A stretch of 64,000 nucleotides of DNA from the NCBI GenBank assembly GCA_044892525.1, contig CM097885.1:241738001-241802000 (forward strand), read 5' to 3'. This DNA is from Schmidtea polychroa (taxonomy: Eukaryota). Position numbers and translations under genes: made by a program. The notes under the pieces are model-generated. The model was given only the letters and a program-made list of their open reading frames with translations. It ran no database searches and was not told the DNA's origin. Position 1 is the first letter of the stretch, and each line of letters opens with the position of its first letter. Positions 61,500 through 64,000 of this stretch are shown here, one piece after another.

Positions 61500-62930
61500 A
61501 TTTAGTGAGAAATGCATAATCATTAATAACAACATATATTCATGATAATTTTGGTAGAAAGTCTTTATCATTTGGAGTAAATTTCTGTCTTTGTTCGAGT
61601 CTAAAAAGGAGTCATAATAGAAACATGATCATTTGGTTATCATCTAACCAATTAAGGTGCTTATTAGTTAGAAATATAGAGTTACAATTCTTTTCTAATT
61701 TAATGAGATGATCATTGGGTGTAATATATCTTTGTGAGAAATATATGGTTAACATTTTTAAATAGGGATTTTTGAATAACCAAAACAGGGATATTTTGTG
61801 TGAATAATTTAAGAATATTGGTTAATATTCTCTTTTTTAGTCATTTAAAATAATATTTAACAAAGGTAATTTAGCAAAATATCATTGAAAGATTTATCCA
61901 TCCAATAACAATATTCCTTCAATAGATTTTACCCTTTATTCAACCGATTTAATTTCTAGAAATCTAATTAAAATCATAAAATTCCTTCAATAAAGATCAA
62001 TTTTCTTTAACTGTTGTCGATTTCCAACTTTTAAGTCATTATTTCTCAAGTTTTGTCACTGATATCCCCACAATGAATAAAATAACTTCTTAAATAAAAT
62101 AATTTAAAGCAATAACCTTTGATATCAATCCCAATTAATTCTAAAGATTTCAAATATTTCATTGTCAAAACCAAGTAAATTGATCATCAACCCTAAACGA
62201 CTTAATAAAACAGTGGATAATTAATAAAAAACTGGTTCTAAAACATAAATCTAAATTACTGTGCAATAACATTCATCACAACCTAATAAACCTCTAAGAC
62301 GATATAATTTCACAGGAACTATTAATAATTCATAGCTAAATACTGACTATTTCCCTTTAAAATTTTACCAATACATTGTCGGTTTAAATAAAGATTTCAA
62401 ACATTTCCACCTTAACCGATCCCTCACTAAATATTTCTACCATTTTTAACACCCCCTTAAAATCATATATTCCCATCTTAACTGAACCTTCACTAAATCC
62501 AACCGACTTTAATATATCAGCCCTTTAATATATCAATTCTCTTAAAATCCATAGAAATTTCTTCAAAATATGAATTTTATTTAATTGTTACAGACATCCT
62601 TCCATTGAAATAATGTCGTATCTAAGAGCCCACTAAAAGATCAAAATTCACTAAAATCAATATTTTCTACAAATATTTCACCACATTTACCATCAAATAC
62701 CTAACTAGAGGTGAAATATATTGATTGATCATAATTCTTCATCGATTCAGCCAATTATATAGCAATTATAACGTGATATATCCTTCAAAATCACAAATTG
62801 CAGTTTTTTTTTACAATAATTTTCTAGTAGATTTCAAATATATCATCATGATAAAATTAGCTGGTTTCAACTTTAGATTTTCAATATTTAAAAGTTCATC
62901 AATATTCGTAGAAAATATATGAAAAAATTA
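61500..62930 (-). pseudogene. Possible decayed leucine-rich-repeat (F-box/RNI-like) gene
   Basis: Fragments such as MKYLKSLELIGIDIKGYCF..LRSYFIHCGDI, LKKIDL and FAKLPLL across frames, with many stops. Confidence 0.35.
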
Positions 62931-64000
62931 TTTAGTCAAATTCAATATCATTACAAAGTCATCATAAAAATTAAATAATAATAATCACTTGATTATTGTA
63001 AAAACTCTAATTATTAACCTAACTGTCATTAAAAATAATTTTTATTTAAAATTAAATTTAAAAATAAGTCAATAAAATATAGCAAATTATCAAGAAATTA
63101 ATTAAAAATGTCTTAGAATTAACACTAAAACCTTATATTTCAAAATATTCTTTCAATTATTCACAAAAAGGTTAGTAATAATGTTAGTAAAATCCGACTA
63201 ACTCTAAAAATTACCAATGAATTTAATGCTAAATAATAACCACAAATTTGCCTAAATAAAATCATTAAAACACCCCAGTACCTTTACGACCAGTACCTTT
63301 ACGATTGTGAACAGTACCAATAGAGGGAGAAAATATCTTGTCGGATAAACTCAGAGTATATATAATAAAACGAATTAACAATAACTCCATCAAATTGAAT
63401 CAGTCAAATTAACACAAATTTTGATAAAAAATCTTATTCTAAAATGGTAAGAAGCGTAAAGTCGAAAGATAATATTAATAACACCGAAATAAATTAACAA
63501 TATTATTCTCAGGTGGTAAGGATCTTCATTAAAGTGAGGAAATTATAAGAACTAACAATTGCTGTAAAGTATTTAATCGAATTTGGTTTTGTTGTTTTAT
63601 GTCTTTCGGTTATATTCGAGTAAGTTTTCGTGTGTCCCTTTTAACTTTGAGTGCTTATTTTCATTGAAAAGAGTAATGTATCTTAAATTATCTTTAAGAA
63701 TATTTGTTTTTGAAAATGAAATATTTAGTGTAAAATAGTAAATTTAATAATAAATTGCTAATATTAAAGGACTTAATCAAAATTTAAAATAAGAATTTAT
63801 CATAATTACTCAGTCAAATACCATTCACGGTTTCTTATGTGATAAAATAATCATTTGGAGATTAAATTCTTTATTAAATAAAAGTTTATCACATTATTAA
63901 AATATTTTAATTCGCTAGTAACTCATATAATAGAAATAATTTTATTTATATATCCTCATCACTTATAGCCGTCGATTCTCGATTTCCCACTAACTATTAT

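Overview
Very AT-rich (by eye roughly a quarter G+C) animal scaffold with 13 N-gaps. The NPY/NPF gene, the ~45-130 bp GT-AG introns and the AT content suggest a planarian-type flatworm (inference). I could assemble by hand three spliced protein-coding genes that the ORF track shows only in pieces: (1) a divergent calmodulin-like EF-hand protein (3396-6397, +, 158 aa); (2) an NPY/NPF prohormone (17712-19548, -, 80 aa) with the family's conserved phase-2 intron but a non-canonical SRPRL-amide end; (3) a divergent radial spoke protein 3 (RSPH3)-like gene (34447-42292, -, 3 exons, 249 aa). There is also a 161-aa orphan ORF (22049-22534), a five-exon decayed gene (53375-54608), an LRR-like relic, and three housekeeping-gene fragments (RPL8 and two HSP90) that keep the 5' end and lack the 3' end. 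Most of the rest is a transposon graveyard: hAT (Buster, Tip100-like, MITEs), piggyBac, MULE, Tc1/mariner/pogo, Merlin, Gypsy, Penelope, and possibly Copia and Helitron. No CRISPR array, rRNA or tRNA was seen. The best leads are the paired HSP90 5' fragments, each beside a Merlin relic (possible transposon-borne gene capture), a TIR-bounded satellite built from about 20 AP-1 and about 18 NR5A/ERR consensus sites, the SRPRL-amide NPY, and the RSPH3 paralog. All homology calls are from motif recognition; no database search was run.
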